From assembly GCF_009914755.1 (NCBI RefSeq), contig NC_060926.1: a stretch of DNA of 64,000 bases. One strand, given 5' to 3'. Shown in pieces: positions 41,165 to 57,897 of this stretch. A program made the position numbers and the translations under genes. The stretch comes from the human T2T-CHM13v2.0 reference genome, Homo sapiens. The number at the start of each line of letters is the position of its first letter. Positions within the stretch are counted from its first letter, which is position 1. Below the pieces are notes generated by a model. It saw only the letters and a list, made by a program, of their open reading frames with translations, was not told the DNA's origin and did not search any database.

Positions 41165-42192
41165 ATGAGGAAAATCCAGCATAAAAAGGGTGAAAATTCC
41201 AAAAATCAGAATACCTCTTATCTTCCAAAGGATTACAACTCCTTGCCAGGAATGGGAACAAAACTGGATGGAGAATGAGTTTGATGAATTGACAGAAGTA
41301 GGCTTCAGAAGGTGGGTAATAACAAAATCCTCCAAGCTAAACAAGCATGCTCTAACCCAATGCAAGGAAGCTAATAACCTTGATAAAAGGTTAGAGGAAT
41401 TGCTAACTAGAATAACTAGTTTAGAGAAGAACATAAACGACCTGATGAAGCTGAAAAACACAGCCCAAGAATTTCATGAAGCATACACAAGTATCAATAG
41501 CTGAATTGATCAAGTGAAAGAAAGGATATCAGAGATTGAAGATCAACTTAATGAAATAAAGCATGAAGACAAGATTAGAGAAAAAAAGAATGAAAAGGAA
41601 GGAACAAAGCCTCCAAGAAATATGGGACTATGTGAAAAGACCAAACCTACATTTGATTGGTGTATCTGAAAGTGACAAGGAGAATAGAACCAAGTTGGAA
41701 AACACTCTTCAGGATATTATCCAGGAGAACTTCCCCAACTGAGCAAGACAGGCCAACATTCCAATTCAGGAAATACAGAAAACACCACAAAGATACTCCT
41801 TGAGAAGAGCAACCCCAAGACACATAATCGTCAGATTTACCAAGGTTGAAATGAAGGGAAAAATGTTAAGGGCAGCCAGAGAGAAAAATCGAGTTACCCA
41901 CAAAGGGAAGCCCATCAAACTAACAGCATATCTCTCTGCAGAAACCCTGCAAGCCAGAAGAGAGTGGGGACCAATATTCAACATTCTTAAAGAAAAGAAT
42001 TTTCAACCCAGAATTTCATATCCAGCCAAACTAAGCTTTATAAGTGAAGGAGAAATAAAGTCCTTTGCAGATAATCAAATGCTGAGGGATTTTGTCACCA
42101 CCAGGCCTGACTTACAAGAGCTCCTGAAGGAAGCACTAAATATGGGAAGGAAAAACCAGTACAAGTCACTGCAAAAGCAAACCAAAATATAA
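41165..42192 (+). pseudogene. L1 ORF1p (disrupted)
   Basis: ATG at 41165; track pieces 41190..41504 and 41800..42192 (RRATPRHIIVRFTKVEMK...PRISYPAKLSF); premature stop at 41502-41504 and frameshifts. Confidence 0.92.
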
Positions 42193-42254
42193 AGACCATT
42201 GACAGTATGAAGAAACTACATCAACTAATCAGAAAATAACCAGCTAGCATTATA

Positions 42255-46087
<3,833 letters not shown>

Positions 46088-46383
46088 ACAATGAGAACAT
46101 ATGGGCACATGGAGGGGAACGTCACACACCAGGGCCTATCAGGGGTTGGCAGGCAAGGGGAGGGATAGCATTAGGAGAAATACCTAATGTGGATGACGGG
46201 TTGATGGGTGCAGCTAGCCACCATGGCACATGTATACCTATGTAACAAACCTGCACGTTCTGCACATTGTATCTCAGAACCTAAAGTATAATAATTTAAA
46301 AAAAGGAAAAAAAAAGCATAATTATTTTTATATTAACACTAGCATTTCATATCTTAAAGCAACTGATGTTTAGGAATTACTAC

Positions 46384-46676
<293 letters not shown>

Positions 46677-46969
46677 AATTACTACGAGTGGTACCTTTTT
46701 TTGCATTAGTGTCTTTTATGTGGCATCATGAAAATTTCTGATGAATTAATTTCCCTAATTAATGTAATTCCATTATTCCTAGTGACTTTAACATAATTCC
46801 TAATGATACTTCCATAAACAACAGGACCATTGAATTTTTGAGATTTCTCTGTGGTTCTTTTTTTCCTCAGGATATTTTCCATTGAAATGTATGGTTGAAA
46901 TTTGATCTTTGAAAATCTACTTGATGTATAATTAGGCTTATTTCTATCAGTTTGTTTTTTAAGAGTTGT

Positions 46970-47400
46970 TTTGATTTTTTCCTTTTTATTTAACCTTGGT
47001 TTTTAATAATCTAAAACTTGTACATGATTCCAAAATCAAAACTATGAAACAAGGTACATTTGGAGTATTCACTCCTGTCTGTTCTCTATACCCTTTTAAC
47101 AAATGAATTTTAAAAATTAGTTTTTAGTGTATGTTTTAGTTTACTTATTTCTTTTTAAAAGCATAAGCAAACCCACACACATGCATATATAAGATAATAA
47201 TATGAATATTTATACATATATCAATTCATAAATCTTTTCCCCTTTCTACACAAATGTAGTATACTAGATGCACTCTACTGGACCTTGTTTTCTCATGTAA
47301 CAATACATTCTGAAGATCATTTTATTTCTTTTGATAGCTGCACAGTACCATATTATGTGGCTACATAATATTTTATTCATTAGGTTGCACACTGATAGAC
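46970..47400 (-). mobile_element. Ancient L1ME 3' fragment
   Basis: tacatgattccaaaatcaaaact...ttctacacaaatgtagtatacta...tagctgcacagtaccatattatgtgg. Confidence 0.6.
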
Positions 47401-48049
47401 ATAGGGGTTGTCATATCATGCTTTAAATAAATATTTCCCAAGTGGCTGATCAGGTAATCTGAATGTCTGTCCATTGGTGGTTATATGTCTCTTGGAGACT
47501 AATACCTAACAGAAATCAATTTTTTGTGTGAGTTGAATGTAAAATGATATTTATATCATTTTATAAACTAAAAAAATGTTTAGTTTTGGCACAACCTTGA
47601 GGAAAGCAGTGTGACAAGCCTGGTGCCAGATCCCATGGAGAACTAACCCTGGACAGCCTGGGAAAACTCCTATGTAAACATGGAGAACCCAGATCAAAGA
47701 GTGTTTGGAGAGTGATAACAATCACTTAGGACTTACCTTTTCTGAAAATCTTAAAAATTTTAAGATTGTGAATTTTTAAAATAGTGATTCATAAACTATT
47801 TAGGTGACTTGCTGTGGAGCCATTGGACCAGAGATTTTGTTCAAAATGAAAACAACATGCAGTTAATCATATTTGCAATGGGGCCATTGTTGTCTCTTTA
47901 TAGGTTTAGTTTTAAGGCTGGCATTAAAGAGTTTTGCAAAATTATTTATTTATTTTTCTAATTCCTGGGCACTGCATCTGCCACCCTGAAAGAGGCCTTC
48001 AGGTAGGTGGTGGTGTATGCATTGGTCTCATGAACTCATGCAATATTTG

Positions 48050-48270
48050 CCATAGTTTTCTCTTGGGAACAAAGTGTGTTATTGGGAACAAAGAGTTCCA
48101 TAATCAAATAAATTTGAAAAGAACTAAGTTTATTTATTGCAAGATTTCTTAGAGCTTTTAGTAACTAATATGCATATAACTTCTCAAGATAGGGATATAA
48201 AATGCTGGTTTTCACAGACATTTTCCTTTATGGAGTCTATTTTTCATGGAGCATGTTTTGGGAAAGTTAG
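48050..48270 (+). mobile_element. MER103C-like hAT element
   Basis: gagttccataatcaaataaatttg...tttattgcaagatttcttagagctttta. Confidence 0.55.
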
Positions 48271-48519
48271 ATTTAATGGTTAAGTTTCTTATAATTGTGA
48301 ATGACTTAGTGAGTTAATTGGAGGGAGAGAGAGAATTAATTGAACAGAGTAGTTGTTATCATTTCTATGTTACAGGAGAGGAAACTGAGGCTTCAGTGTT
48401 AGTGACTTGCCTATCATGGATTGAAGACAGATTTCTAGATTGTAAATTGTTAACATCATCATATTTAAAGACTTAAAGGAAGAAAAAGTATGGAAAGGGT
48501 TTAGTAATTCTCTTAAAAA

Positions 48520-49540
48520 TATCCAATTTATATAAGGAACTCAATTAACTAGAAAGAAAACAAATAACTTGATTAAAAATTGGGCAAAGGACCTGAATAG
48601 ACCTTTCTCAAAAGAATACATACAAATGGCTGGCAGGCCATTTTAAACAGGGTATATGAAAAAACGCTCAACATTACTAATCATCAGGGAAATGCAAATT
48701 AAATTTAGAATGAGATATCACCACTCACCTATTAGAATGGCTAGTATAGAAAATACCAAAGATTACAAATATTGGCAAGGGTGTGGAGAAAAGAGAACTC
48801 TTGCACACTGCTGGTGGGAATGTAAATTAGTGAAGTCATTATAGAAAATAGTATGGAGAGTTCTCAAAAAACTAAAAAAAGAACTACTATATGATCCAGC
48901 AATCCCACTATTGGGTGTATATCCAAAGGAAATTAGTATGTTGAAAAGATATAGCTGCACTCCCACGTTCATTACGCATTGTCGACAATTGGCAAGATAT
49001 CAACCTAATTGTTCATCAGTGGATGAATGGATATAGAAAATATGGTATATATACACATGGAATACTATTTAGCCTTTAATAAAAAGGAAATCATGTCATT
49101 TGCAACGACATGGATGAACCTGGAGGCAATTATGCTTAGTGAGATCAACCAGACTCAGAAGGACAAGTACCACCTGCCCTCTCTCATATGCAGAATCTGA
49201 AAAAAGTCTCATGGAAGCAAAGACTAGAATGGTGGTGGCTAGGAGCTGGGGGAATGGAGGAATTGGGGAGATGCTGTTCAAAGGGCACAAAATTTAGTTA
49301 GGAGGAAAACGTTCAAGAGACCCATTGTACAACATATTGACTATAGTTAATAAAAACGTATTGTATACTTGAAAATCTCCAATAGAATAGATTTTAAGTA
49401 TGCTTATGACAAAAAATGATAAATATATGAGGTAATGCAAATATTAGTTGGCTCAATTCAGCCATTTCACAATATGTTTGTATTTTGAAACATCATGTTG
49501 TACACCATAAATATATACAATTTTTGTCACTTGAAAAAAT
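48520..49540 (+). mobile_element. L1MA4-6 3' fragment
   Basis: ORF2 C-terminus (track ORF 48656..48844, HCWWECKLV) and L1MA 3' UTR. Confidence 0.85.
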
Positions 49541-49544
49541 CCTA

Positions 49545-50110
49545 GAAAGGGGAAAAAAGAATATTAGTAGAAAACTGATATAATTCAAATAATATCTGTG
49601 GTTTACTTAATAGTGCTATACTTATGTTAATATCCTAGTTTTTGATAACTTTAGTATGGTTATGTAAAGTGTAAACATTAGGGAAAGCTGGGGAAAGGGT
49701 AATTTGGAACTTTGAATCTTTTTCTTTTCTTTTCTTTTTTCTTTTTGGAGAGATGGGGATCTTGTTCTGTCACCCAGGCTGGAGTACAGTGGTGCAAATC
49801 ATAGCTCACTGCAGCTTCAAACTCCTGAGCTCAAGTGATTCTCCCAGCTCAGCCTCCTGAGTAGCTGGAACTACAGTTATGCACTACCATGCTTGGTTAA
49901 TTTTTTATTTGTTCATTTATTGTAGAGATGGGGTCTTGCCATGTTGCCCAGTCTGGTCTTGAATCCCTGGCCTTAAGCAATCCTCCCATCTCAGCCTCCC
50001 AAAGTGTTGGGATTTCAGGCATGAGCTGCCATGTGCGGCCAGGAACTTTGAATCATTTTTACAGCTTTTCTGTAAATCAAAGACTTTCTCAAAATAAAAA
50101 GTTAAAAGTA
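49545..50110 (+). mobile_element. L1MC 3' end, split by AluJ
   Basis: tatggttatgtaaagtgtaaacattagggaaagctggg...acagcttttctgtaaatcaaag...aaaataaaaagtt. Confidence 0.65.
49719..50040 (-). mobile_element. AluJ
   Basis: Antisense dimeric Alu; 13-bp TSD ggaactttgaatc. Confidence 0.92.
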
Positions 50111-51618
50111 AAAATTTATACCAACATATATGAAATGAATTAAATAAAAATGCACATATTACATCAATTGTTATTATGTAATGCAAAAAATTTCCTAGTC
50201 TTATTAGGATTTTTTTTTTAAGACTAAAACATTTTCTAGGCCATTCAGCAGGAGTGGGATTGGGCTTGCCACTGGCCTTCCCCCTTGCTACGGATGTGGG
50301 CTTATGGATATATGTAAATACTGTACATCAGATGGTGATGCCTTTGCTCAGAGTCCCTGCAATCAGAACCCTGATAGGAGGATTTATCCTGCTTTCAACT
50401 TAGCAGAGAGAAAGAATTACTTTTACTCTTCAGACAGTTTATCTTTTCAGTCGTTCCTTTTCTCTGACATTTTTCCCCTTGACTAGAGTAAAAGTAGTTA
50501 TCCTTAATGTGACATTGGAAGAGAGAGATCACGGTCATATTTTTTGTACACAGACCGTCTCTACATCACATCACATTGACCTTCTCCTATTCGGGGAGAA
50601 GGGTATTTATTGCCTGCTTTCTCACCAAGTTCTCTAGCTTTTGATGTTTAAAGTTGTTATTTCATGACATTTCATGAACTTATTTTCTATGAGGTTTCTA
50701 ACATGACTTTGGCCCATTCGTACAAATGATTCCATCTTGGAGCTCCCCCTGCCAGTGCCACCACCCCCACTTTCTGTTTTTTACAGAAGATACATATGAA
50801 GTCTATTTAAAGAGAAGATATTACAAACAAATATACAGTACTATTCAAACATTCTGAAATTAGATATAGTTGGATTCAGATGAATTTATTAAATAAAAAG
50901 ACAAATTCATGAGTGACATTTCTTAACTTGGTATATTCACAGCATATCAGTGGAGAAGTAAGGAGATTTACTTCATTATTCACAGCGTGGTCATGATCTT
51001 CAGCAGGTGTTCAAGAACTCTCTGATGCTGAGACTAAAAGTAATTCATCTTCCTAAAGACTTTCTATCTTTGGGAGGGTGACATTTCCTGTCTGGCTTTT
51101 CTGGTGATTCTTACAACTTAATTACTTTTGGCATGTCCAGTTGCTTGCTTTATTTACTACATTGTATAGGTCAAACACTTGAACCTCAGGTTTATGTTTG
51201 TTTTATCAAACTTAGAGAATATAATTATTCAGAGAGTAATTTTCAGATTAGCACAAACATACATTTTCTACTAGAGAGTATCTATTCTTAAAGCTCACTT
51301 GTGAGACATTATATTTTTCCTGTTGTGAGGATGAGATGGCATTCTCTTTGGGATCTAAATTGCTTCTGAGGCAGGCACTTTTGTGTATTGTTATCACTAC
51401 ACCCCGAAGAACAACTGGAGTGCAGGAAAAGCAGGGTTTTAGACAAATGAAAGTGGGATATACCGTCTGGGCTGATGGCTACGCTTGGCATCACCAAATG
51501 GGAGACTTAAGAGCCTTCTGCAGTCACGGCTGCAGTGGCTGATTATTCTTCCAGCCATGTCTCTTCCTTCCTTCTTCTCTTCTCTCCTCTTCTCTCCTCT
51601 TCTCTCTTCTCTCTTCTC

Positions 51619-51765
51619 TTTTTTTTTGAGACAGTCTCAAAAAAAGAGGCTGGAATGCAGTGGCGCAATCTTGGCTCACTACGACTTCTGTCTGACCTCA
51701 AATGATCCACCTGCCTCAGCCTCCCAAAGTGCTGGAATTACAGATGTGAACTACAGTGCCAGGCC
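51619..51765 (-). mobile_element. Rearranged Alu (internal deletion and fold-back) preceded by (TCTTC)n
   Basis: Right-arm 3' end joined to left-arm 5' part (tgacctcaaatgatccacctgcctcagcctcccaaagtgct). Confidence 0.8.
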
Positions 51766-51769
51766 TTTC

Positions 51770-52082
51770 TTTCTTTTTTTAAATTTTAAGTTCAGTCAGG
51801 GGTATATGTGCAGGTTTGTTACACAGGTAAAACCAAGTCATGGGGGTTTGCTGCACAGCTGTCATCACCCAGGTATTAAGCCTACTACACAGTAGTTATT
51901 TTTCCTGACTTTTTCCCTCCTCCCACCCTTCACCCTCCACCCTCCAGTAGGTCACAGTATATGTTGTTCCCCTATATGTGTCCATGAGTTGTCATCATTT
52001 AGCTCCCACTTATAAGTGAGAACATATGGTGTTTGATTTTCTGTTCCTGTGTTTGTTTGCTAAGGATAATGGCCTCCATCTC
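51770..52082 (-). mobile_element. L1PA13-like 3' end
   Basis: ggggtatatgtgcaggtttgttacacaggtaaa...catcacccaggtattaagcct...tttagctcccacttataagtgagaacat. Confidence 0.8.
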
Positions 52083-52359
52083 TGTCTTTCTTGCTTGCTT
52101 TTGTTGAGCAGGGGGTGGGGAACACTGCCCGGTGATTGTGTCACCTCACACTGTCACCCCAAAATTTCAGATTCGAGAATAACTAATAAATAAAAGTTTT
52201 TCCACAGTTGGGGAAAGGAAGATAAAAAAGTTTAGGAAGCAAAGAAGATGGTAATGGGGTTTTTACGAGCCTTCCCCTCTTTGAAGGCCAGCAGGGTAGT
52301 TGAATGTGTGTGTACAGAAGCCACATGCTAGCAATAGTATGATGATAATCATAGTAGTT

Positions 52360-52560
52360 ATCATTTTCTGGCACTCACTATGTGCCTGAAGTGGTGTAAA
52401 TGCTTTACATGTCATTAATGCTGTTAGTTTCTTTAACAGCTCTATGAGGTGAATGTATTGTTATTCTGCTTTGCTAATGAGAAAACTGCAGCATAGAGAG
52501 CTTAGTGGAGCAATCTCACCAAGTTTACAGTTAGCACACTGCAGAGGCGGAATTCTCACT
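52360..52560 (-). mobile_element. MIR SINE
   Basis: gcactcactatgtgcc...taaatgctttacatg...aacagctctatgaggt...atgagaaaactgcagcatagagag. Confidence 0.7.
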
Positions 52561-52854
52561 GACATGTTTTCTACTCCATTGTCTCTGATTTGACCCAGGA
52601 GGAATGGTGATGGTAGGCACCTGAGCTATTGAGTGTTGTAATATAGAAGGCAGACTTTCTGTGTTCGTAAGGCACAAGAGTCTGCTAAGGATTTCCTTTT
52701 TTGCTTCATTTTACATTTTATTCAAAGGTTCAAAATTGATAAGCTTAATTAAAATATCAGTTCCTTAATAAAGTGCTCTAAAACATATTTAAACAAAATG
52801 CCATACATCATGCCTTAGTTGCTTTACTAATATAATGTTAAATAAATATTTCCT

Positions 52855-53140
52855 GGCCAGGCATAGTGATTTACACCTGTAATCCCAGTGCTTTGTGAGG
52901 TGGAGACAGAAGGATCACCTGAGCATAGGAGCTCAACACCAGTCTGGGCAACATAGTGAGACCTTGTCTCTACAAAAAAAAAAAAAAAAAAAATAGCCAA
53001 TAGCTGGGTGCAAATACTTGTAGTCCTAGCTACCTGAGAGGCGTGAGGATTGCTTGAACCCAAGAGTTTGAGGCTATAGTGAGCTATGATCACAACACTG
53101 CACTCTAGCCTGGGCAACAGAGCAAGAGGCCCCGTGTCTT
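52855..53140 (+). mobile_element. AluJ
   Basis: Dimeric Alu with expanded middle A run and TA-rich tail. Confidence 0.88.
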
Positions 53141-53276
53141 TATATATATATAATATATAATGTTTTCTAACTTTTGTGGTTACATAATTATAGAAATATT
53201 AGCAAAATTAAAGGAAGGGGTGAGATTTTATATTTATCAATTGTATGGATTGACCGTTCAGTATTGGTTGATTGAT

Positions 53277-53423
53277 TGAGACAGGGTCTCCTTCTGCCAT
53301 CCATGCTGGAATGCAGTGGTGTGATCAGAGCTCACTGCAGCCTTGACCTCCTGGGCTCAAGCAATTCTCTCATCTTAGCTTCCCCAGTGCTGAGGTTACA
53401 GGTATGAGCCACCGTGAATGGCC
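53277..53423 (-). mobile_element. Alu monomer (FRAM/FAM-like)
   Basis: gagacagggtctcc...gctcactgcagccttgacctcctgggctcaagcaatt...acaggtatgagccacc. Confidence 0.8.
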
Positions 53424-55727
53424 AGTGCTTTTTTTTTTTTTTTTTTTTAATCTCTCTTCTTACACATCACTTTTGTTTTTATATTATTGTTATTCATATA
53501 TATGTCTTGTCACCCCCCTATTGAGTTGGATGCTCTTTGAATGTTTTTTATTTCATGGGTTCTCAATAAATATTTGTGCCACAAATGACTTAATATTACT
53601 TGTTACTATGAAATTTGTGCCTCTATATATGTTGGGTGACAATTAGAAAACTAATGATAATTATTGCATCAAAAATAATTTGAGAGCACAAATCTTATAG
53701 CATTGTCATGTAAGATGGGTACATATAGATTTTTGTTATTCTTCATTTGTTGGGCATGTAGAATAAATCCACAATAAATTCAATAGAAGTAAAGCTTATT
53801 TCTGCATGTACATCTAGATAAACATAAAATATTGATTCTCTGTTTTGGAAAAAAGGAAAAGATAATGACTAAAATTTCTTTGTGGTCTCTATGATGGTTT
53901 AATCACATGTCTCTCAAAAATCTAATTTTCTAAGAATCAATCTGTCTGTGTGCTAGCAGACTGTGAAAACCTACTGGTTTCTTTAAACATCAAAAGAAGT
54001 CAGCCTTTAAATATTTGGACGTTTTCCTCTGAGATACGGCTGCACTAGGCAAACACACTGACATTAACATTTCTAAAGCAGGCTCAAAATAAATGAGAAT
54101 AATAATAAAAAAACTCCTTCCAATACCTAATTGCCATTTTAATTAAAGCTTCTGTTTGTCATCAGTGACAAGAGATTGCCTCAGAAAGATAAAATAAGAC
54201 TGTGTGTCTTTGGCTTTCATGAAGACAAAAGGTTTGTGCAAGAAGTCAAATACCCAGATAACTTTGCTGTTACTTTTTAAATTAAACAATTTGCTAAGCA
54301 TCAGGTGAACCAAATTATTCATAAATTAACATTTTTTTTAGGCCAGTACATCTCAAATCTAGTTTATGGATGGATTTCCTGGTTTGGGTGCTTAATCTAG
54401 TGTGTGCTAGAATCTTATATCACAGGCTGTTTTATAGAGATAAAGGAATCTGGAAATGGAAATCACTTTCTTAAATGGCTTTTGATTTGAAATTTTATTT
54501 ATTCAGGTTACCTTAAGGTTATAAGATCAAATAAGAACATACTACAAAGAGCTTTGTAAAAGATAAAATATTACTTGTTATCTTAATTATTATTATCTGG
54601 AAAACAAAGTTAAATGCATGTGTTTATTCCACCCCTCCCTCTGACCCAATTAATGCATCAGGAAATTGGGAATTTGCTTTGGTGCATCTGTTTAAATGCT
54701 AAGAACTGGGACTTGGATTTGCTGCTCAAGAATCCCTAGCCCAGCTTCCTAAACTTTATAAAGTCAAATAAAAATAGGGTCACCAGGTAACATGGAAAGA
54801 GCAGGCTTATCTTTCCTCTCAGCTTCTGAATGAAGTTGAAAATGTGTTTTATTGTAGAACAGGTAAAATGTGATTCTTATAAATGGGAACAAAAGAATAA
54901 TTTTAATGATGAATTTGAACCTGGAATCTGAACAACAGATAAAATGCAATCAGAGAAGCACTGAGACTATGCAGTGCATTTGACACAGAAAATACCAAGA
55001 GCAGCATTAGCACTTTTCTGAGGCCTTATCTTAATTAAACTTGGCCAGATGAAGTTTCTTTGGTAAATGCAGGTTCTTCTCACAAAGCCTTTCATCCCTC
55101 ATTGCAGGGAGAGCCACATTTTCCAAAGAATTGCCCCCTCACTGGAGGGAACCCAGACAGCAAACCCCAGAACTTACTGGCATCAAGAGTGCTCCATGTG
55201 AGGGTACCATGAAGACGGAGATTGGGAGATATTGGGTGTTCTCAAATGCGACAGATTTTACCAGTAACGTTTTCTCTTGGGATCAGTATAATGTAAACCT
55301 CTTGAGAACAGTATCTGAGTCTCTGTATTTCCTCACATGCCTACTATCCAAGAATTCAAAACACATATGTGGTTGAATGAGTACCCTTAAGCCCAAACTG
55401 CTGACTGTAACCCTTTATCCAACCTCATCTTGTTTACCTTTGTGTAACATTGGAAATCACCCATCCCCTTTTCTGTTGGAAACTTTCTTTAACTTTCCTG
55501 ATTCTCCGTTTACGTGATTTATTGCTGCTGCCTCTTTCTTTCTCTGGGTTCCAGTCTCTACCCCCTCAAGCTGGCTATTTCCTAAGATTCTGTTTCCAGC
55601 CCTCTTCTTTATATTCTTTGGCTGACTGTGCATTAGAATTGCCTGGGAGGTAACCGCAGCCTGCCCTGTCCTGCCTCGTGTTTCTGTGTGTGTGTGTCTG
55701 TATGTGGTGCACACGTTTCTGTTTTTA

Positions 55728-56322
55728 TTTTTTTATTTTAAAAAATTTGATTTTTATTAGCTGTTTCTTTTCTTATTATTATACTTTAAGTTCTAGGGTA
55801 CGTGTGCACAACGTGCAGGTTTGTTACATATGTATACATGTACCATGTTGGTGTCCTGCACCCATTAACTCGTCATTTACGTTAGGTATATCTCCTAAAG
55901 CTATCCCTCCCCCTCCCCTCACCCCACAACAGGCCCCGGTGTGTGATGTCCCCCTTCCTGTGTCCAAGTGTTCTCATTGTTCAGTTCCCACCTATGAGTG
56001 AGAACATGCGATGTTTGGTTTTTTGTCTTTGCGATAGTTTGCTGAGAATGATGGTTTCCAACTTCATCTATGTCCCTACAAAGGACATGAACTCAGGGAT
56101 CTAGAACTAGAAATACCATTTGACCCAGCCATCCCATTACTGGGTATATACCCAAAGGATTATAAATCATGCTGCTATAAAGACACTTGCACACGTATGT
56201 TTACTGCGGCACTATTCACAATAACAAAGACCTGGAACCAACCCAAATGTCCAACAATGATAGACTGGATGAAGGAAATGTGGCACATATACACCATGAA
56301 ATACTATGCAGCCATAAAAAAA
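55728..56322 (-). mobile_element. L1PA4/5 with 5' inversion (twin priming) and probable short 3' transduction
   Basis: Antisense 3' end 55774-56095 fused to sense segment 56096-56322; flanks gtttctgttttta / gtttttgttttta. Confidence 0.9.
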
Positions 56323-56335
56323 GTTTTTGTTTTTA

Positions 56336-57897
56336 ATGTTTGCAAGTAAGTTACAGACTTCCTGTCCCCTTATACCTCAGTGTGCATTTTGAAAAACAAG
56401 GACATTCTCTTGTATTATTACCACAATACAATTATCAAAACCTAAAAATTAACATTAATAGACTTCATTCAGATTCTGCTGATTGTCTCATCAATGTCAT
56501 CTCTAACAAAGGGCAAAAACCAATTTTTGTGGTCTAGGAAATCAATCCAGGATCACATGTTGTGTTGTGCTGTCATTTTTAAAGTCTCTTTTAACTTAGA
56601 TCAGTTCTTCGGTATTTCGTTGTTTTTCATGACCTTGACATTTTTGAAGTGTACAGGCCAGTTATTTTGGGTTAATCTGATGTTGTTTAATGATTAGATT
56701 CAGATTATATGTTTTTGGCAAGAACACCACTGAAAGAATGTTGTGTCCTTTTTCATGTCTCGTCATGGTATCTATTTCTGCCCTTACTTGTGTTCACTTA
56801 ATTAATGTGGTATCTGCCATATTTCTGCACTGTAAAATTACTCTTTGTCCCCTGTAATTAATAACTATCTTGTGGGAGACACACCAAGACTATGAAAATA
56901 AATATATCTATTAGTGTTAATGACGGTCAGTTTTCTCATTGTTGAAGAAGAAAGGAATTATAGATATGAAAAGGTAGAATGCTAGAGTGAACCCATGTGC
57001 TGTTGGATTAAGATTAGCAATAACTGTATGAATTCGTGGTTTTTATAGCTATGTAGATCAATCTAATTGCCTAGCTGTATCCTCTGACAGGATAAAGAAG
57101 CAATGATAATTCAGTAGCAATTAGCATAAGTAGTACCATTATCTTGGTTTCTAAATACTATTCACCAACAAAAATCAACCAAGTCTTCTTCCTTGCTGGG
57201 GCAGGAAAAGAACAAGATAAGCCTGGAACAGGTGTTGTTTTTTGTTTTTGTTTGTTTGTTTGTTTTTGTTTTTTTTCCATTTGAAAGTAAGAGAGTGAGC
57301 AAAGAATGATGGGGACATGTCAAAAGGACACACGAGCCAGCTCCAAGGGGCTCCTACTAGCCAAATACAGGACAATGTGACCATAAAAATAAATGGTAGT
57401 AACAGATGGAATAAGAATCCATGAGTCCATACTGATAAGAACAAATAGATGAGCAACTATGTAAAATGGAAAGTTAGTTATTCATTACAATAGAATTCCA
57501 ACAAATAAATGTGTGTGGTATGGCTGGATGCGGTGGCTCACGCCTGTAATCCCAGCACTTTGGGAGGCCAAGGCGGGCAGATCACCTGAGGTCAGGAGTT
57601 TGAGACCAGCCTGGCCAACATGGCGAAACCCCATCTCTACTAAAAATACAAAAAAATTAGCCGGGCATGGGGTGTGCACCTGTAGTCCCAGCTACTCAGG
57701 AGGCAGAGGCAAGGAGAATCCCTTGAACCCAGTAGGTAGAGGTTGCAGTGAGCCAAGATTGTGCCACTGTACTCCAGCCTGGGCAACAGAGCCAGACTCT
57801 GTCTCAAAAATAAAAAATGTATGTAGTATGATTGATTGAAAATCATCATTTGTTAACTACCATAGTAATGGTTGTTTGAGGCAAGAATCATCAATGA
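56336..57897. mobile_element. Ancient L1MC4/5 3' region in two oppositely oriented blocks
   Basis: Minus block 56336-~56897 (catgaccttgacatttttgaag...ttttggcaagaacacc); plus block ~56900-57897 (gatggggacatgtcaaaaggacac...atccatgagtccatactgata). Confidence 0.7.
57522..57814 (+). mobile_element. AluSx
   Basis: gatcacctgaggtcaggagtttgagaccagcctggccaacatgg; TSD aaatgt(g/a)tgt(g/a)gtat. Confidence 0.92.

Noticed and set aside
47728-47767. Minus-strand ttttcag-aaaag-gtaagt beside a 21-nt AT palindrome
   Set aside because: Poor pyrimidine tract, no partner exon, and AT-rich palindromes of this size are common
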